Assembly: GCA_016185565.1 (NCBI GenBank)
Contig: JACPNH010000019.1
Span: forward strand, 1 to 39,467
Source of the DNA: Candidatus Woesearchaeota archaeon
GTDB taxonomy: Archaea; Nanobdellota; Nanobdellia; SCGC-AAA011-G17; JAGVZF01
Length of the DNA stretch: 39,467 bases
Direction: 5' to 3'
The translations under genes and the position numbers were made by a program. The notes under the pieces were generated by a model. It searched no databases. It was not told where the DNA came from and was given only the letters and a program-made list of their open reading frames with translations. This document shows, one piece after another, positions 35,701-39,467 of this stretch. The stretch's first letter is position 1, and each line of letters begins with the position of its first letter.

Positions 35701-36726
35701 ATGGAAGAGCCTACAACTAATCAAATCCAGGTTAAGAAGAAAATAAAATGGAATAGAGTTGTAATAGTTTCTTTGGTTATCATTGTTTTAATCTTGCTTG
35801 TTCCTATGGATTCTGGAAGTTTCGGTAAAAAAATATTAGATAGCATTACAGGCAATGTGGTTGGAAGCGATATTTTGGCTGTAGTTGATAGCGATAAGAT
35901 TACTAAAAAAGAACTAGACAAGGAATTTAATGCATTAAGCCCGCAGCTGAAGCAATTATACACAAATGAATTGCTATTGAGAGAATTAATAGATGAAAAA
36001 TTGATACTTGCAGAAGCAAAAAAGCAGAATATGGAAGTCGCTGATGAAGAGCTTGATAATGTTTTAAATGCCGCTAAACAAAATTTTCCTCCAGGGGTAA
36101 CATTAGAACAATTAGCAGAAACTCAAGGTTTTACTTTAAATGAATTTAAAGAAAAGATAAGAAATCAGATTTTAGTAAAAAAATTTATGGATAAAAATGT
36201 TATGGTCAGAACTATTGGAGAAAAACAGGCAAAAGAATTCTTTGATTTAAATAAAGACACATTAAAAAATCCAGAAATGGTGAACACGAGCCATATTTTA
36301 GTTGCTACAAAAGAAGAAGCAGACACTATACTAAAAGAGCTAAAGAATGGTGAGAGATTTGAGGATATTGCTAGAGAAAGGTCATTAGATCCGGGTTCTA
36401 AGGATAATGGGGGAAATTTGGGATATTTTCCGAAAGGGACTTTGGTCAAGGAATATGAGGATGTTGCTTTTAGTTTAAACATTAGGCAAATATCAAATCC
36501 TGTAAAAAGTCAATTTGGCTATCATCTAATAAGGATAGAAGCTAAAAAAGAGGCGTCTGAAGCTAAATTTGAAGACATAAAACAGCAAATAATAGAATAT
36601 CTACAAAAACAAGAAGACCAACAAGAGCTTAAAAATTTTAGAGATGCTTTATTCATCCAAGCCTTGGATACAGGAAGAGTTGAAATTTTCTATGAAGAAG
36701 ACAAAAATTTAAGTTCTGAGAAATAA
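35701..36726 (+). CDS. Membrane-anchored parvulin PPIase (PrsA/SurA-like foldase)
   Basis: N-terminal TM, SurA-N-like region, SHILV, F.DIARERS.D.GS..NGG.LG.F and SQFGYHLI; ATG at 35701. Confidence 0.92.
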   Translation: MEEPTTNQIQVKKKIKWNRVVIVSLVIIVLILLVPMDSGSFGKKILDSITGNVVGSDILAVVDSDKITKKELDKEFNALSPQLKQLYTNELLLRELIDEKLILAEAKKQNMEVADEELDNVLNAAKQNFPPGVTLEQLAETQGFTLNEFKEKIRNQILVKKFMDKNVMVRTIGEKQAKEFFDLNKDTLKNPEMVNTSHILVATKEEADTILKELKNGERFEDIARERSLDPGSKDNGGNLGYFPKGTLVKEYEDVAFSLNIRQISNPVKSQFGYHLIRIEAKKEASEAKFEDIKQQIIEYLQKQEDQQELKNFRDALFIQALDTGRVEIFYEEDKNLSSEK

Positions 36727-36776
36727 ATTCATAAAATTTATAAATCTAGTTTTGTTAAGTTATTGCATACTAGGAA

Positions 36777-37616
36777 ATGATGAATCAGCTAAAAACCGTA
36801 TTATTAATGAGCGTATTAAGTGTAATTTTATTAGCTATAGGACTTTTAATTGGCGGAAAAACCGGATTAACAATAGCTTTGGTATTTGCTATTATAATCA
36901 ACTTTTTGACTTATTGGTTTAGTGCAAAGATAGCATTGTTTATTTATGGAGCTAAAGAGGCTGATAAAAAGAAGTATTCAAGATTATATGAATCGGTTAA
37001 GGGAGTAGCTTTTAAATTCGGAATTCCTACACCAAAAGTGTATATTATAAGTAAGGAATATGCAAATGCATTTGCAACTGGGCGAGGACCTAAAAATTCT
37101 TATGTTGCTTTTACAGACGGCATTTTGAAATTGCTTACCGAAGACGAATTAAAAGGAGTTATTGCCCATGAATTAAGCCATATAAAAAATAGAGATGTTT
37201 TAATTGCGACAATAGCTGCCGTAATAGCAAGTGCAATCTCTTATATAGCCACCATTGGAAGATTTGGATTAATTTTTGGAGGCAACAGAGATGAAAATAA
37301 TGGGAATATAATAGGCATGCTTTTATTATTACTTTTAATACCATTTATTGCAATGATTATACAATTGGCAATATCAAGAAATAGGGAATATTTGGCTGAT
37401 GCTACTGGGGCCAGAACATTAAGAGAATCTAAGGGATTAGCTAATGCTTTATTAAAATTAGAAAATGCCGATAAATCTGGATTTCGTGGAAATAGTGCAG
37501 GAGCTTCTTTGTTTATAGTAAACCCATTATCTGGACAAGCGTTTATAAATTTGCTTTCTACACATCCCCCATTAAAATACAGGGTAGAAAAATTGAATTC
37601 TATGAAACTCAATTAA
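36777..37616 (+). CDS. htpX: M48 zinc metalloprotease HtpX (second paralog)
   Basis: NAFATGR, HELSH, SRNREYLAD and STHPP. Confidence 0.95.
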   Translation: MMNQLKTVLLMSVLSVILLAIGLLIGGKTGLTIALVFAIIINFLTYWFSAKIALFIYGAKEADKKKYSRLYESVKGVAFKFGIPTPKVYIISKEYANAFATGRGPKNSYVAFTDGILKLLTEDELKGVIAHELSHIKNRDVLIATIAAVIASAISYIATIGRFGLIFGGNRDENNGNIIGMLLLLLLIPFIAMIIQLAISRNREYLADATGARTLRESKGLANALLKLENADKSGFRGNSAGASLFIVNPLSGQAFINLLSTHPPLKYRVEKLNSMKLN

Positions 37617-37645
37617 GGTTATATAAACTCAATAAAGGTAATTGC

Positions 37646-38449
37646 TTAATAAATAGTAATTGACAATTCTTGTAAGTTTTGCAAGTAAAGAGAAGATGTT
37701 AATGTTATAGTGCATTTTATTTCTTTAGGCGAAACTGGCTGAGTTATGTTTACAGAGAACTTGTAAAGAACAAAATTTTTTGGATTTATCCTGCTATTTA
37801 TACCATCTACTTTATCTAAGCCTTCATCAAAATAATCCTTGAATATAGTGCCTAAATAATTGTCATTGTCTGTAACAGCTATTTTTGTTGTGTCTATGCG
37901 ACAATTAAATAAAGATGTTATTGTATCGGATGTTCTTTCTCCTACATTTGTTATGTATGTTTGAACTGAAGATGCTCCCTTGATACGGAATTGGTTAGCA
38001 CTAGTTTGTTCACAGTTTGTATCTGAACAGGTAAATGAAAATAGATCATTGGTTTTGGTTTCTTTTGTTTTGTGGATTATTAGGTTAGGTGGGCAATTTA
38101 ATCCACAGTCTCTTCCGCATTTTGTTTCATAAGTTGTAAGGTTGCATGCATATTCATCAAGCTCACATTTTTTATTTCCACAACAATTTGCCTTTGTTTC
38201 ATACACGCATGTATTAGTAGTAGGGTTAAATGAGTCTATAGTGCATTCATTTACATCATCACAATTCTTAGTGATATTCTTTACTTGGCAAAACTCGGTG
38301 TTTTCACAGTCAGAACAAGCACAGCTCTCTGTTTTGTCACAGATACCATCTCCGCATATGGTTTTTTCTTCGATATTATTGCAAGCGCTTATAAATAAAA
38401 TACCAAAAATTAGCAAAGCTAATGCCCATTTCGCTTTTTTCATTATCAA
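37646..38449 (-). CDS. Cys-rich surface lipoprotein
   Basis: ISAC lipobox; CGDGICD..E.C, CDDVNECTID and CCGN..CE repeats; C-terminal beta-rich domain. Confidence 0.8.
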   Translation of the reverse strand: MIMKKAKWALALLIFGILFISACNNIEEKTICGDGICDKTESCACSDCENTEFCQVKNITKNCDDVNECTIDSFNPTTNTCVYETKANCCGNKKCELDEYACNLTTYETKCGRDCGLNCPPNLIIHKTKETKTNDLFSFTCSDTNCEQTSANQFRIKGASSVQTYITNVGERTSDTITSLFNCRIDTTKIAVTDNDNYLGTIFKDYFDEGLDKVDGINSRINPKNFVLYKFSVNITQPVSPKEIKCTITLTSSLYLQNLQELSITIY

Positions 38450-38493
38450 AATGAATAATTCCTGGTATTTAAAATTTTCTTATTTAAAATGAG

Positions 38494-38567
38494 TGAGGAT
38501 GCCAGGATTTGAACCTGGGTCTTCTGGTCCCAAACCAGAAAGGATAGCCAAGCTACCCCACATCCCC
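38494..38567 (-). tRNA. tRNA-Pro(TGG), intronless
   Basis: GGGGATG/CATCCTC+A, anticodon arm TCTGG-TTTGGGA-CCAGA, T arm CCAGG TTCAAAT CCTGG. Confidence 0.95.
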
Positions 38568-38633
38568 ATTTAGAAAAGATTCGTGATTAAATATTTATAA
38601 AACTTTTCAAAAAAAGAAATAACTGAAAGTTGA

Positions 38634-39374
38634 TTACTTTTTCTTTTCTTCTTTCTTTTCAGGAGCTTTGGCAACAGTCTCTTTACTTTCTTTACCTTTT
38701 TCTTTTGGAGCAACGGCTTCTTTTGTTTCTTTTCCAAGCTCAGTTTCTTGAGCAATAACTTTCTCTTCTTTGACTTCTTCTTTAGCTGCTGCTTCTTTGG
38801 CCATTCTCTCGAGTTCTTTTTGTATCTTCTCTTGGACTTCTTTAAGTTGTTTTTCGAGAATACTTTTCTTTTCCTCTGAAACATCTGTTTTTATATTTTT
38901 TATTAGATCGTCATAAATGCCTTGATCTATATCTTTATTTACTTCAATAGCAGTTTTTCCTTCCACTAAGACCCCAATTGAATGACAGCTTCCTATAACA
39001 TTTTTAACAGCAGATTTCATGCTATTAACATGCATACTATCAAATTTCATTTTGGCAATTTTAATAACATGCTCTATGGCAAGATTTCCAATTTTATCTT
39101 TATTTGGCATGCCGGATCCTTTTTGAGCGTTTATTTCTTTCTTTATTAGTTCTGATACAGGAGGAGTTCCAATCTCTAGTTCAATGTCTTTTGTTTTTGT
39201 GTCTATTATAACTTTAACTGGTAGTTTCATGCCATCAAAGTCAAGAGTTTTCTCATTGATTTTCTTTATTACTGTAGGTATATCTACTCTTAAAGGACCT
39301 AATGCTTGGCTAAGGGAGGCGTTAGGAACTGCTTTTCCGCCCTCAATCATTAAATCAATTTTCTCCTTGCTCAT
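38634..39374 (-). CDS. rpl11: 50S ribosomal protein uL11 with a long K/E-rich C-terminal extension
   Basis: EGGKA.P...LSQALGP, GMKLPVKV, GTPPVSELIKKE and IGSCHSIGV.VEG; directly downstream of spt5. Confidence 0.93.
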   Translation of the reverse strand: MSKEKIDLMIEGGKAVPNASLSQALGPLRVDIPTVIKKINEKTLDFDGMKLPVKVIIDTKTKDIELEIGTPPVSELIKKEINAQKGSGMPNKDKIGNLAIEHVIKIAKMKFDSMHVNSMKSAVKNVIGSCHSIGVLVEGKTAIEVNKDIDQGIYDDLIKNIKTDVSEEKKSILEKQLKEVQEKIQKELERMAKEAAAKEEVKEEKVIAQETELGKETKEAVAPKEKGKESKETVAKAPEKKEEKKK

Positions 39375-39467
39375 TACTTTCCTCCGGCTCTGATTCGCGC
39401 CTTATAACCTTTACTGAATCTATCTTAACTGTTATTGGGATTGGAACAGCTGCTTCAAGCAATTCAA
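39355..39467 (-). CDS. spt5: Transcription elongation factor Spt5/NusG, C-terminal end (partial)
   Basis: The minus strand reads ELLEAAVPIPITVKIDSVKVIRRESEPEESNEQGEN*, the KOW-domain end; conserved spt5-rpl11 order. Confidence 0.9.
   Translation of the reverse strand, partial: ELLEAAVPIPITVKIDSVKVIRRESEPEESNEQGEN

Noticed and set aside
759-39393. Antisense or overlapping ORFs in the track (for example 759-1088, 4871-5179, 16287-16769, 23740-24213, 28915-29316, 31310-31663, 37241-37612, 38570-38884)
   Set aside because: They are shadows of well-supported genes, with biased composition and no motifs.
1-39467. CRISPR array, rRNA, integrase or att-flanked island
   Set aside because: No regularly spaced repeats, no long GC-rich structural RNA, no recombinase, and no duplicated tRNA 3' ends were seen.

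Overview
An AT-rich archaeal chromosomal segment, most consistent with a DPANN lineage (Woese-/Pacearchaeota-like). That assignment is inferred from gene content, compact leaderless genes and a HerA-like ATPase family, not from a database search. Core genes are polB, map, aIF-1A, a KH/Dim2 protein, top6B/top6A, a split bacterial-type MetRS, deoxyhypusine synthase, a PriS-like primase, uS10, L7Ae-S28e-L24e, fen1, Trm5, uL11 and the 3' end of spt5. The most striking signal is missing from the ORF track. There are seven tRNA genes, and five of them carry 11 bulge-helix-bulge (BHB)-type introns in total. These include a tRNA-Ile(GAU) apparently split by four introns (one at the acceptor-stem boundary) and an initiator tRNA-Met split by three, leaving 7-8 nt micro-exons that imply ordered splicing. 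Other items of note: a nitrilase-family gene shattered around an inserted NadE-like + C39 peptidase cassette, several internally deleted gene relics, a free-standing LAGLIDADG-HTH gene behind an Lrp regulator, a catalytically dead C39 peptidase, an unannotated 32-aa basic ORF with its own promoter and RBS, a membrane-anchored HTH regulator with a candidate direct-repeat operator, and a membrane-protein/HerA-ATPase cluster. All calls come from manual reading of motifs.
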